The notes: generated from the letters alone by a model not told the origin. Numbered from the stretch's first letter, positions 1-11,498 are shown. The stretch: DNA of 64,000 nt from Candidatus Scatovivens sp. (GCA_045646345.1 JAZRKN010000016.1:1693-65692), one strand, 5' to 3'. Translations and numbers: made by a program.

Positions 1-2
1 TA

Positions 3-554
3 TTAATCCCTATTTCTAATAATCGAATATAAATGCATATCATGATATCCATCTCTTAATTTTAAATAATTTCTTAATGTTCCTTCATATACAAATGAAC
101 ATTTTTCCATTACTCTTTTTGATGCAACATTGTTTATTTCACAGCCACCATATAATCTATTTACATTTAATTCATTAAAACAATAATCTTTTACTGTTTT
201 TAGAGCTTCAGTCATATAACCATTTCCTTTATATCTATCATCAATCGCATAGTTAAATTCTAAAGACTCATTGAAATCATTAGCTCTTAAGTTTATTGCG
301 CCAATTATTTTATTATCGTATTTAAGAGTTATTAACCAATTATAATAATCATTATTTTTATATTTCTCATCTATTCCTTTTAGCGAATTTATTTCTTCTT
401 CTAAAGTTCTTTTTTCTTTATTAGCATAATATAAAAATTCCTCTTGATTAACATAGCCATCATATATTTCTTTTGCATCTAATTCTTTAAATCTTCTTAA
501 TATTAATCTTTCACTTTTTAACAATTTAGTTCCTAAATGATTCATTATTATCAC
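3..554 (-). CDS. GNAT family N-acetyltransferase (RimJ/RimL-like)
   Basis: 183-aa ORF; the characteristic RimJ/RimL-type GNAT N-terminal run (LILRRF...) and acetyl-CoA-binding-like region (ASKRVMEKCSFVYEGTLR); typical length. Confidence 0.7.
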   Translation of the reverse strand: MIIMNHLGTKLLKSERLILRRFKELDAKEIYDGYVNQEEFLYYANKEKRTLEEEINSLKGIDEKYKNNDYYNWLITLKYDNKIIGAINLRANDFNESLEFNYAIDDRYKGNGYMTEALKTVKDYCFNELNVNRLYGGCEINNVASKRVMEKCSFVYEGTLRNYLKLRDGYHDMHLYSIIRNRD

Positions 555-816
555 AACCTTTATTAATTATTTTATGTGCATAAGAACATTCTGCTGTAAG
601 CTTTTTTTGTTTTTTATTAGCTTCTTCTATAATTCTATTTACTAATTTTTTTGCTATACCTTGACCTTGATAATTTTCATCTACTTCTGTGTGAACTATA
701 TTCCATTCTTCGCAATTAATTATATATTCACATAAACCAATTACTTTTTCCTCATCATATGCAATTGCTTTATTAGTTTTTTCTTCAAATTCAATTCTTA
801 TCATTTTTTTCTCCAC
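526..816 (-). CDS. small GNAT-like acetyltransferase (about 95 aa, YjdJ/Acetyltransf_CG-like)
   Basis: 96-aa ORF with QGQGIAKKLV motif typical of minimal GNAT folds; overlaps the upstream GNAT gene by about 29 nt. Confidence 0.5.
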   Translation of the reverse strand: MEKKMIRIEFEEKTNKAIAYDEEKVIGLCEYIINCEEWNIVHTEVDENYQGQGIAKKLVNRIIEEANKKQKKLTAECSYAHKIINKGCDNNESFRN

Positions 817-832
817 TCATCTCTATCTCATT

Positions 833-2317
833 TTATTTTTCTATATTTATTACTTTAGTTGCAATCTTTTCAATAAATCTTTCATCGTGTTCTACAAAAA
901 TAATAGTAGGATTATAAGTTAAAATTGTATCTTCTATTTGTTCTCTTGTTAGTATATCTATATAATTTAAAGGTTCGTCCCATATATAAATATTGGCTTG
1001 TTCTGAAATGCTTTTTGCAATTAAAACTTTTTTCTTTTGACCTTCACTCATATCTTGAATATTGGTATCAAAATCATTTTGTGAAAATCCCATTTTTATA
1101 AGCATCGCTTTAAAAATACTTTCATCAACATTATTTTCTTGAGCAAACAGCTTTAATTTCCCTTTCAAATCATCTGTATTTTGAGACACATAAGATATTT
1201 TTAAATCATTAACAATTTTAAAATTACCATTATATTGTAATTGTTCTCCTAACAGTAACTTTAATATACTTGATTTTCCAATTCCGTTTTTGCCTATTAT
1301 TGCAATTCTATCTCCATTGTTTACTTCAAAAGAGATGGGATTAAATATTTCTTTATCATTATATTTTATTTGTAAATTATTTATCCAAACTAATGGATTT
1401 TTATTATTCAATAAAGGAATTAATTTTAATTTATCGTTTCTATCAACATTCTTTAATAAATTAAATTTCTCATCCATTGCTCTTTCAATCCTTTGTTCCA
1501 TAACTTTTGATGTTTTCATTACTTTAGCCGCCTTATGTCCAATGAATCCTTTATCTATGTATGTTTCGGAATTATATTTTTGACTTTTGGCTTTTTCAGC
1601 TTCATTAGACCATTTTGCCGTATTTTTTGAAGCAATTTCAAGTCTATTTATATCTTTTTGTATCTTTTCGTTTTGCATTATTTCAAAATTGTCTTGTCTA
1701 TCTTTATTTTCTTTCCAAGATGAAAAATTGCCTTGTTGAATTTCTATATTAGTATTATTTATCGCAATTATATGATCTATAACTTTATCTAAAAAAATTC
1801 TATCATGAGATACTAATATAAAACCTTTTTTCTTTTTCAAATAATTAACTAGATTGTTTCGTGTTTCAATATCTAAATGATTTGTAGGCTCATCTATAAG
1901 CAAGAAATTATTCCCTTTTAAAAATAAGCTTATTAAAAGAATTTTTACTTGTTCACCACCACTTAATAGATTAAAACTTCTATACAATATCTCTGGATTA
2001 GTATTAAGCAAATTTAATTCTTTTATAATTTCCCAATCTTCACTATTAGGAGAAATATCGTTAACAATTTCTATTGCCATTTTATTTTTATTTGAAACTT
2101 CAAACGGAAAATAGTCAAAATCAACATTTTTTGAAATTGTTCCCTTATATTCATATTTTCCTTGTAGTAATTTTAAAAACGTTGTTTTTCCTTTACCATT
2201 TCTTCCTATTAATCCTAATTTCCAGTCTGTATCTATATTAAAAGAAACATCTTCAAATATATTATTATAACTTCCATCATATCTAAAAGTTAATTTATTT
2301 ACACTAATTAAAGACAT
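833..2317 (-). CDS. ABC-F family ATPase, Lsa/CplR-like (putative ribosomal protection or antibiotic resistance ABC-F)
   Basis: 494 aa with two ABC cassettes: Walker A GRNGKGKTT and GKNGIGKSS, signatures LSGGEQ and MSEGQKK. Basic interdomain linker. N-terminal run DTDWKLGLIGRNGKGKTTFLKLL...DFDYFPF resembles Lsa-family ARE ABC-F proteins. No TM domain. Confidence 0.65.
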   Translation of the reverse strand: MSLISVNKLTFRYDGSYNNIFEDVSFNIDTDWKLGLIGRNGKGKTTFLKLLQGKYEYKGTISKNVDFDYFPFEVSNKNKMAIEIVNDISPNSEDWEIIKELNLLNTNPEILYRSFNLLSGGEQVKILLISLFLKGNNFLLIDEPTNHLDIETRNNLVNYLKKKKGFILVSHDRIFLDKVIDHIIAINNTNIEIQQGNFSSWKENKDRQDNFEIMQNEKIQKDINRLEIASKNTAKWSNEAEKAKSQKYNSETYIDKGFIGHKAAKVMKTSKVMEQRIERAMDEKFNLLKNVDRNDKLKLIPLLNNKNPLVWINNLQIKYNDKEIFNPISFEVNNGDRIAIIGKNGIGKSSILKLLLGEQLQYNGNFKIVNDLKISYVSQNTDDLKGKLKLFAQENNVDESIFKAMLIKMGFSQNDFDTNIQDMSEGQKKKVLIAKSISEQANIYIWDEPLNYIDILTREQIEDTILTYNPTIIFVEHDERFIEKIATKVINIEK

Positions 2318-2472
2318 TGTTCCTCCACTTTCAAAATAAGTAATATTTATATCAACATAATATTATCATAAAAGGCTAGTATATTCAATTAAGTCGTTTA
2401 TAAAACTTGCACATATATTTTAAAAATGTGTTATAATAATTTTATAATACAAATGTTAAAGGAGAAATAATT

Positions 2473-3177
2473 ATGAACAAAAAAGTAGCAATTATTTTAT
2501 CAATTTTATTAATTATTATAGCACTATTAATAAGTACTTTCTTTTTTTATAATCAACAATATTCTTTGGAAAAAGTTTTAGACTTAATTAATCCACAAAT
2601 CACTGAAAACATGTCTTTAAAAATTAATTCAAAAAACTCAAATGGAAATTCTTCGGAAGAATATAATATAATAGATAATTTATCTTACCAAAATTTTTAT
2701 ATAAATGATGATATAATACATGAATTTACCTTCAATTTTGAAACCAAAGAACAAGTTAATATTTTTCATCATTCAAAAGAATTTTTCTTATTTAAAATAG
2801 AAGACCCATCTTTAAATATAATATCTGATCGATTAAATTATTATAAAGAACTTCTATCAAAATCACAAAAAAATAGTTATAAATATCATAGTAAAGAAAA
2901 TATAAATAACAATGAAATTATAAAAATTTCTGTAGATTTTGAAAAAAACTTTTTCTTAAATATAGATAATCCTGTAAGACTTTATTATTATATAAACCTA
3001 ACTCAAAAAACAATTGATAAAATTGAACATTACAATCTTGTCAACAATAATGAAACTTTAGTTTCTACTGATAACTTTAGTTATTCTTATAACACAGTTA
3101 CTAAAGAAAACGTTTTAGTTAATTTAGATGATTATTCTGATTATACATATGCAAATAAAAATAATATTCAAAAATAA
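2473..3177 (+). CDS. hypothetical membrane-anchored protein (N-terminal TM helix)
   Basis: 234-aa ORF with RBS aaaggag; N-terminal hydrophobic segment; followed by an intrinsic terminator. Confidence 0.5.
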   Translation: MNKKVAIILSILLIIIALLISTFFFYNQQYSLEKVLDLINPQITENMSLKINSKNSNGNSSEEYNIIDNLSYQNFYINDDIIHEFTFNFETKEQVNIFHHSKEFFLFKIEDPSLNIISDRLNYYKELLSKSQKNSYKYHSKENINNNEIIKISVDFEKNFFLNIDNPVRLYYYINLTQKTIDKIEHYNLVNNNETLVSTDNFSYSYNTVTKENVLVNLDDYSDYTYANKNNIQK

Positions 3178-3185
3178 TAAAAGAT

Positions 3186-3220
3186 AAAACTCCAGAAAAA
3201 TACTGGAGTTTTATCTTTTA
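3186..3220 (+). terminator. rho-independent terminator
   Basis: stem aaaactccag/ctggagtttt followed by T-run. Confidence 0.7.
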
Positions 3221-3339
3221 TTTCAATATTATAACACCCTCCAAATTTATGGACAAAAAAAATTCGATATGATAATATATTTGTGTAATTTAATAAATAA
3301 CAATAATAAGTAAATTAATAAAAAAGAAAGGTTTAATAT

Positions 3340-4933
3340 ATGTTTATTGATAGAAAATTTAAATTTTTTCTGTTAATTTTTTTATTGATCATATTTGGAG
3401 TTCTTACTTATTATTCTATAATTACTACTAATTATAGAACAGCAAAGCAAGTACTAAAAAGTGATGTAAATATTGAAGAATTAAAAGAGTCTTTAAAAGA
3501 AGTACAAAAATTTGATGTAGAATTAAAAATTAATAATAGTCAAACTTATTATAACTCAGTTCAAGATATGTATTTTTATTGTTTAGACGTTAATGAAGCT
3601 AATTCATATAATAAGTTAAAATTAAAAATAGCCTCAAAAGAAAAATATAAATATATAATTGATAATGAAAAATATGATAAAGACAAAGGTTTTTTTATAA
3701 ATTTTAACGAACCTGTAGACTTAATAATTTATAACGATACTTCCTATTATCAAACACAAATAAAATTTTCTAACATTCCTATTGTAAATATAATAACAGA
3801 TCATCAATTTGTTACTGAATATCAAGCAATGAAATTACAAATTTTTTGTCCAAATCCACAAAATAAAGAAAAAATGTTATTAATAGATACAAATACTCAA
3901 TTAAAAATCAGAGGCGGAACTAGTTTCGTATTCCCTAAACAGCAATATAAAATATCATTAACCTCAGAAGATATACACGAAAAAAGTAGAAAGTCTTTAC
4001 TAGGCATGGATGAAGACGAAGATTACATTTTAGATGCAATGTGGAATGATTATTCAAAAATTAGAACAAAATTATCTTTTGAGTTATGGAATCAAATAAG
4101 TTCTTATAATGTTAATTACAATCAATTCGATTACGACGCTGAATACGTAGAGCTTTATGTGAATCAAAACTATCATGGATTATATTTATTAAAAGAATTC
4201 ATTGATTGGAAAATGCTTGGCGTAAGTAAATTTACCGAATCAAATTCTGGAATTGTTTTAAAAGGTAATGGATACGCAAATTGGGATCAAGAACTATATA
4301 AACAAAATAAAAATTCTGATTTTGTTCTACGGTTTTTCTATGAAATATCCTTCAAATCAATCGGATTATTCAAAATATTGGGATTTTATAATGGATAAAA
4401 TTTACACAGAATATTATGACAGAGAAAATGTAACTGAAGAATATATTGTAGAAAATTTCGATTTAGAAAATTATATTGATTATAAAATTTTTATTCACGC
4501 TATCTGTGGAAATGATAACTTCGGATTAAATAATACTTATTGTTATATAAAAAACATGAACGACGGTCATAAAATAAAACTTGTACCATGGGATTTAGAT
4601 ATGACTTGGGGCTACGACTGGAGTGGCGAGTATCCAACTCTATTATATGAAGATAGCGAATCAATCAGCACTATTGATGGCTTATTGACAAAATCTGAAA
4701 ATATAAATAATTTATTAAAAAAACGTTATTTTGAATTAAGAGAAACAGTATTAAGCGTTGATAATGTTTCAAAAATTATCGACACTTGTCACGAAACTAT
4801 AAGATATCCAATACAAGAAGAAAGCAACAAATGGCTAAAAACTGACTTGGATGTAGAAACTACAAAACTTAAAGAATGGTATAAAAAAAGAGTAGAATTT
4901 TTAGATAATTATTTAGGAGAAAATAATGTATAG
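3340..4933 (+). pseudogene. cotH: CotH kinase family protein, split by an apparent +1/-1 frameshift near 4330-4340
   Basis: Two overlapping ORFs (3340-4398 and 4268-4933) in different frames. N-part has KIRGGTSFVFPKQQYKISL and the C-part LVPWDLDMTWGY, both CotH-like hallmarks. The frames overlap around a T-run (cggtttttc). Confidence 0.6.
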
Positions 4934-5615
4934 ATATGAGAAAAAATTCTTAATTACCAATATTCAAATGGAAATATTAAGAAATACTTTATCTGCGGCA
5001 TTATATCTTGACTCTAATATTAAAAATCCTGACGGAAGTTATTTTATTAGAAGTCTATATTTTGATGATTATAAAAACACTAGTTATTATCAAGTTTTAG
5101 ATGGTATTAGTAAAAGAGAAAAATATAGAATCAGATATTATGATTTAGATCCTAGTTATATAACTTTAGAAAAGAAAACTAAAGAAAATAATCTTGGAAA
5201 AAAAGATAAAGATAAATTAACCCCTGAAATGGTAATGAAATTTATAAATAATGAAGAAATTGAATCAAATAAACCTGTAGTTGAAGAATTACAAAGTAAA
5301 ATGAAAACATCGTTTTATAAACCAGTTATTATAATTGATTATGAAAGAAGAGCATTTACATATCCTGTAAATGATGTCCGAATCACATTGGATTATAACA
5401 TTTCTTGTTCATATGAAATTTCAAAATTCTTTGAAAATAATATAAATTCAATTCCTTTACTTGAAAAAAATACAGCAATATTGGAAGTAAAATATAACGA
5501 CTTCCTACCTGATTTTATAAAACATTTAATAAATATTAATAATTTAGAAATAACATCTTTTTCAAAATATAGTACTGGAAGAGATATGTTAGAAAAAATA
5601 GAAAGAAGGGCTTAA
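4926..5615 (+). CDS. VTC domain (polyphosphate polymerase-like) protein
   Basis: 229 aa; YRYEKKFLI...YFIRSLYFDD...REKYRIRYY pattern typical of the VTC domain; overlaps cotH stop by 8 nt (operon). Confidence 0.7.
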   Translation: MYRYEKKFLITNIQMEILRNTLSAALYLDSNIKNPDGSYFIRSLYFDDYKNTSYYQVLDGISKREKYRIRYYDLDPSYITLEKKTKENNLGKKDKDKLTPEMVMKFINNEEIESNKPVVEELQSKMKTSFYKPVIIIDYERRAFTYPVNDVRITLDYNISCSYEISKFFENNINSIPLLEKNTAILEVKYNDFLPDFIKHLININNLEITSFSKYSTGRDMLEKIERRA

Positions 5616-5617
5616 AT

Positions 5618-6274
5618 ATGGGTATTAATAATATAATAAAAAATAGTTTTTTAAATAATTTCACTGACGCAATTTCTCTTTCAACTGTTATAACAACAGG
5701 ACAAATGAGTTTGTTATTTGCATTTGTTGTATATGTAATTTATTTACTAACATGCGATAAAACAATTTATTCAAAAAAATTCAATGTAGCAATGAGTTTA
5801 ATGACAGTTATAACTTCTGCTCTTGTAATGGCAATGCAAGCAAATATTGTTATCTCTCTTGGTATGGTTGGTGCTTTATCTATCGTTAGATTTAGAACAG
5901 CAATCAAAGAACCAAAAGATTTACTATTTTTATTCTGGTCAATCTCTAATGGTATAATTATAGGTGCTGGTTTATATTCAATTGTTTGTGTACTTGCTGT
6001 CGTTATCAGTATAGCTTTAATCGTATTTGAACTTATTCCTGCTAGAAGAAAAAGTATGTTATTAGTAGTAAATCTTATGACAATTGAATCAGAACCTGTT
6101 ATTGAAAAAGAACTAAAAAAACACAATGTTAAATTCAAAGTAAAATCTAGAAATGTATTTAGAGAAAAAGCTGATATAATGTATGAAATTTCTACAAAAA
6201 AAGATGCACTATTAGTTTCAGAACTATCTAAATTAAATGAAATTCTTTCTTTAAATTTAATCAAACAAGATTAA
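5618..6274 (+). CDS. DUF4956-like integral membrane protein
   Basis: 218 aa, multiple TM helices, starts 3 nt after the VTC gene. The CotH-VTC-DUF4956 gene trio is a recurring arrangement. Confidence 0.6.
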   Translation: MGINNIIKNSFLNNFTDAISLSTVITTGQMSLLFAFVVYVIYLLTCDKTIYSKKFNVAMSLMTVITSALVMAMQANIVISLGMVGALSIVRFRTAIKEPKDLLFLFWSISNGIIIGAGLYSIVCVLAVVISIALIVFELIPARRKSMLLVVNLMTIESEPVIEKELKKHNVKFKVKSRNVFREKADIMYEISTKKDALLVSELSKLNEILSLNLIKQD

Positions 6275-6281
6275 CAAAAAT

Positions 6282-6313
6282 AAAACCTTCCATATTGGAA
6301 GGTTTGTTTTTTA
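6282..6313 (+). terminator. rho-independent terminator
   Basis: stem aaccttccatattggaaggtt followed by T-run. Confidence 0.7.
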
Positions 6314-6323
6314 TAAAGCAAAA

Positions 6324-6360
6324 GGCCAGAACTTTTTAAGTTCTGGCCTCCATTTTTTTT
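6324..6360. terminator. bidirectional intrinsic terminator
   Basis: stem ggccagaac/gttctggcc with A/T runs on both sides. Confidence 0.65.
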
Positions 6361-6384
6361 GGGCAAGTGCCCACACATCTTTGT

Positions 6385-6699
6385 TCAAACAACAGGTATC
6401 ACTTCTTTGGCCAAAAACTCTTTGACCTTTTGCACCAACTCATCTACATGCTCTTCGTCTTCGATTTTAACGGTATATGCGACTATAAGAGTACTGTAAG
6501 AGGCGGTGCCACTTCCACACTCGGTCAATTTGCATCCAATGCTGTCTACAAACTGGCCGAGTTTGGAATTTACAAGTTCTGAAACTTTATGGTCTGGATA
6601 ATTCTTAACAGGTATCATAAACATCCATTTTTGAGATACCAACTTAAGTATATCTACACCCCGTTCCATTGTTTCGAGTTCTCTCCTATCATTCGTCAT
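6385..6699 (-). CDS. hypothetical small protein (104 aa) in a higher-GC cassette
   Basis: ORF 6385-6777 probably starts at MTNDRRELE (ATG at 6699) with RBS aaggagga. Region is about 40-45% GC vs 27% background. Upstream minus-strand promoter ttgtaa-17-tataat. Confidence 0.45.
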   Translation of the reverse strand: MTNDRRELETMERGVDILKLVSQKWMFMIPVKNYPDHKVSELVNSKLGQFVDSIGCKLTECGSGTASYSTLIVAYTVKIEDEEHVDELVQKVKEFLAKEVIPVV

Positions 6700-6972
6700 G
6701 TGCTCTTTTCCTCCTTCACAGTTGTCTATACGAAACAGTAGGAATATAACTACTAATAATGTTATACGTTCAACCATTATATCACACTTAACATAAATTT
6801 ACAATACTTTTATTAAGTAATCTTTCAACTTTGTTCGACAATAAATTTTCCTAGATTGTTCAAACAGTATTTTCTCACAATTATTTTAGCATTATTGTCT
6901 TCAAATATCTTTATTTTAAAGCTATTTTATGGTATTATTATAATTAACATTTATAATAAAAGGAATTTAGTT

Positions 6973-9309
6973 ATGAATTTAAAATCTTTAGAAAAATTAG
7001 AATTTAATAAAATCTGTAATATTTTAAAATCTTATACCATCACTTATATAGGTATGGATTTAGCAGAGAATTTAAAACCTTTATCTACAAAAAGAGAAAT
7101 AGAAAAAGCTCAAAAACAAACAACTGAAGCTTCTACTCTTTTATATAGAAAAGGTTCTATTCCTGTATCTGAAATTGAAGATATTACCCCACACATAAAA
7201 AAATTAAACAGTAATTTATTTCTTTCAATAAAACAATTATTAGATTTAAAGAAAATATTAAATACATCTTCAAAACTAAAAGATTACTTCACATCTACAG
7301 AAATAGATATGTCTGAATTTGTAAATCTTGAAGGTTTATTTAGCAATTTATATATAAATCCATCAATTGAAAAAGAACTTGAAAAATCAATTATTGATGA
7401 AAACACATTATCAGATGACGCTTCTAGTGAATTAAAAAATATCAGAAAATCTATACGTTCTAAAGAACAAGAAATTAGAAATAAATTAAATTCATTCTTA
7501 AATTCAAAATATGTTCAAGAAGGAATTATAACAATGCGAAATGGTCGTTTTGTTATTCCAGTAAAAAATGAACATCGCCAAGATGTAAAAGGATTTATTC
7601 ACGACATTTCATCAAGTGGTTCTACTGTATTTATTGAACCTATATCAATTTTTGATTTAAACAATGATTTGAATAATTTAAAAAATGAAGAAATTATTGA
7701 AATAGAGAAAATTCTACAAAAACTATCATCTTTATTTTTTAATATTATTCCTAATATAGAAAATAGTGTCAATTTAATTGGTCTTATTGATTTTATTTTT
7801 GCAAAAGCAAAATATTCAAATAATTTAGATGCAACTGAACCAATTATAAATGATGATAAATATATAAATTTATTAAATGCATGGCATCCTTTATTAAACA
7901 AGAATCAAGCTGTAAAAAATAATATTCCAATCGGAAAAAATTATAATTGTTTAATTATAACTGGACCAAATACTGGTGGTAAGACTGTAACTTTAAAAAC
8001 TGCTGGTTTATTAATGCTTATGGCAATGAGTGGACTTCATATTACTGCAAAAGAAGGAAGTAGTATTTTTATTGCTGATAATATTTTTGCTGATATTGGT
8101 GACGACCAAAGTATTGCTGATTCTTTAAGTACATTCTCTTCTCATATGACAAATATAGCAAATATTTTAAAAGAAGCTACTGAAAATAGTTTTATTTTAA
8201 TTGATGAATTAGGTTCTGGAACAGATCCAGTTGAAGGTTCTAGTTTAGCAATAAGTATTTTAGAAAAACTAAATTCACTAAAAGCCTTAACTTTATCTAC
8301 AACTCATTATCCTGAAATAAAACATTTTGCTTTAGTAACAGATGGGTTTGAAAACGCAAGTGTTGAATTTAATATAGAAACCCTATCTCCTACTTATAAA
8401 TTATTATTAGGAGTTCCTGGTACAAGTAACGCATTTGCTATTAGCAGAAAACTTGGAATATCTGAAGACATTATCAATAGAGCAAAAGAATTTATTGATT
8501 CTGATAAAATTAATATTGAAGATCTATTAACTACTATTTATGAAGATAAACGTACAATTGAACTTGAAAAGCAAAAAACATTAGACAATTCAAAAGATAT
8601 TGAAAAATTAAAACAATCTCTTGAATTTGATGTATCAAAATTAAAACAAGAACAAAAAGAAATCATAAACAAAGCCAAAGACGAAGCACGTAATATATTG
8701 ATTTCTGCAAAAGAAGATGCAAATGATATTATAAAAGAACTTGAAAAATCTTCTAGCAATAAAGAATCAAATAAATTAAGAAATAAATTAAACGAAAAAA
8801 TAGATAAATTAAGTGTTGTAAATAAATCAGAAGCAACTAGTAATTCCATTTCTATTAATGATTTAACCCCTGGTGTTACTGTTTGGGTTAGCAAAATAAA
8901 TCAAGAAGGAACTGTTTTATCTATTTCAAAAGAAAAAAAAGTTCAAGTCTCTCTTGGACTTGGAAAAATGTTCTTTGATATTTCCGATTTAGAACTAATA
9001 AAAAATTCCACAAAAAAAGAAATTTCAAAAGACTATTCATCTAGAAAAGAATTTAAAGCTAAAGCTATCGCTTCTGAAATAAATGTAATTGGACAAAATG
9101 TTGATGAAGCTTGCTTAGTTATTGATAAATATTTAGATAATTGCTATTTAAATGGATTAGCAACAACTAGAATTGTTCATGGAAAAGGTACTGGAGCTTT
9201 AAGAAATGGTATTCACAAATTCTTAAAAACTCACCCACATGTAAAATCATTTAGAGTAGGTACATTTGGCGAAGGTGAAATGGGAGTTACGATTGTTGAA
9301 TTAAAATAA
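6973..9309 (+). CDS. mutS2: endonuclease MutS2 (MutS domain plus C-terminal Smr)
   Basis: Walker A GPNTGGKT and C-terminal Smr motif VHGKGTGALR. Likely true start MNLKSLEKLEF at 6973 rather than the 6856 ORF start. Confidence 0.9.
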   Translation: MNLKSLEKLEFNKICNILKSYTITYIGMDLAENLKPLSTKREIEKAQKQTTEASTLLYRKGSIPVSEIEDITPHIKKLNSNLFLSIKQLLDLKKILNTSSKLKDYFTSTEIDMSEFVNLEGLFSNLYINPSIEKELEKSIIDENTLSDDASSELKNIRKSIRSKEQEIRNKLNSFLNSKYVQEGIITMRNGRFVIPVKNEHRQDVKGFIHDISSSGSTVFIEPISIFDLNNDLNNLKNEEIIEIEKILQKLSSLFFNIIPNIENSVNLIGLIDFIFAKAKYSNNLDATEPIINDDKYINLLNAWHPLLNKNQAVKNNIPIGKNYNCLIITGPNTGGKTVTLKTAGLLMLMAMSGLHITAKEGSSIFIADNIFADIGDDQSIADSLSTFSSHMTNIANILKEATENSFILIDELGSGTDPVEGSSLAISILEKLNSLKALTLSTTHYPEIKHFALVTDGFENASVEFNIETLSPTYKLLLGVPGTSNAFAISRKLGISEDIINRAKEFIDSDKINIEDLLTTIYEDKRTIELEKQKTLDNSKDIEKLKQSLEFDVSKLKQEQKEIINKAKDEARNILISAKEDANDIIKELEKSSSNKESNKLRNKLNEKIDKLSVVNKSEATSNSISINDLTPGVTVWVSKINQEGTVLSISKEKKVQVSLGLGKMFFDISDLELIKNSTKKEISKDYSSRKEFKAKAIASEINVIGQNVDEACLVIDKYLDNCYLNGLATTRIVHGKGTGALRNGIHKFLKTHPHVKSFRVGTFGEGEMGVTIVELK

Positions 9310-9314
9310 GTATA

Positions 9315-9352
9315 CAAAAAAATCTGAGCAAAAACTTGCTCAGATTTTTTAT
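9315..9352. terminator. bidirectional intrinsic terminator between mutS2 and lexA
   Basis: stem tctgagcaa/ttgctcaga flanked by A- and T-runs. Confidence 0.7.
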
Positions 9353-9370
9353 TTATAGTAAAATTTGGAC

Positions 9371-10030
9371 TTATTTTATTTTTCTAAATACACCAGATAC
9401 TTTTCCTAAAATTTCGCATGTTGGTACAATTATTGGATCTAAAGTGCAGTTTTCTGGTTGAAGTCTTATATGATCTTTTTCTTTATAGAATGTTTTTACT
9501 GTAGCCTCATCACCAATTAATGCTACAACAATTTCTCCATTACGAGCTGTATTTTGTTTTCTTACTAAAATATAATCTCCATCTAAAATACCAGCTTCGA
9601 TCATAGATTCCCCTCTAACTGTTAACATGAAACTTTCTCCTGTTCCAACAAAATCTAATGGAATTGGGAATGTATCTGTTACATTTTCAACAGCTAAAAT
9701 TGGTTCTCCAGCTGTAATTTTTCCGATTACTGGTACATCAACCATTTCTTTGCTTGAGTAAACTTCTTTATCAAAAACAGTTTCTTGTCCTTCTAAAGCA
9801 CCACCTTTTAATAATTTTAAAGTTCTACCTTTTTGACTTTCTTTTTTGATATATCCTTTTTGCTCTAAAGACGCAATATATCCATGAACTGTTGCTGTTG
9901 ATTTTAAATCTACTGCTTTTCCTATTTCTCTAACAGATGGTGGATAACCATTAAGATTTATTTGTTTTTCAATAAATTTTAATATTGCTTTTTCTCTTTT
10001 ATTTAAGCTATTTGGATCTTTTTTTCTCAT
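9371..10030 (-). CDS. lexA: LexA repressor
   Basis: N-terminal winged HTH and C-terminal S24 peptidase domain (GESMIEAGI...VALIGDEATVKTF). Start is probably M8 of the track ORF; an alternative start is at 10051. Confidence 0.9.
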   Translation of the reverse strand: MRKKDPNSLNKREKAILKFIEKQINLNGYPPSVREIGKAVDLKSTATVHGYIASLEQKGYIKKESQKGRTLKLLKGGALEGQETVFDKEVYSSKEMVDVPVIGKITAGEPILAVENVTDTFPIPLDFVGTGESFMLTVRGESMIEAGILDGDYILVRKQNTARNGEIVVALIGDEATVKTFYKEKDHIRLQPENCTLDPIIVPTCEILGKVSGVFRKIK

Positions 10031-10087
10031 ATTACTTGTACCCCATTTCATTTTTAATACATCTTTTTACCGAAAATTTATTCTAGA

Positions 10088-10099
10088 GAACTTCCGTTC
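10088..10099. promoter_or_regulatory. Gram-positive SOS (Cheo) box GAACTTCCGTTC in the lexA promoter
   Basis: exact GAAC-N4-GTTC just downstream of the lexA -10 on the minus strand. A 9-bp palindrome ttttgtttg-t-caaacaaaa (10130-10148) covers the -35 TTGACA. Confidence 0.75.
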
Positions 10100-10214
10100 T
10101 ATAATCTATCAAAATATTATCATAAAACATTTTGTTTGTCAAACAAAAGTTTTATTTTTTCATTTATTTTATTATCAAAAAAGAAAGCAATTTTGGTTGC
10201 TTTCTTTTTTTAGT

Positions 10215-11498
<1,284 letters not shown>

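Noticed and set aside
1290-1583. 97-aa plus-strand ORF inside the ABC-F gene, and similar antisense ORFs (5767-6264, 7599-7901, 8538-8894, 15254-15577, 16178-16468, 18186-18419, 19138-19380, 20998-21219, 22195-22812 cluster, 23190-23916 cluster, 24918-25187, 26539-26724, 29050-29571, 30805-31053, 31372-31716, 31766-32005, 35379-35615, 37058-37249, 39229-39438, 40434-40700, 41795-41989, 43471-43893, 46095-46298, 47501-47942, 50690-50950, 51710-52070, 52650-53250, 54065-54265, 57090-57476, 57829-58056, 58715-58924, 63181-63402)
   Set aside because: All lie antisense or out of frame within well-supported longer genes, and are low-complexity Leu/Phe/Ile/Ser-rich translations typical of AT-rich shadow ORFs
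6856-6972. N-terminal 39-aa extension of MutS2 in the track ORF
   Set aside because: The hydrophobic extension lacks an RBS, whereas the ATG at 6973 has RBS aaagga and gives a canonical MutS2 N-terminus
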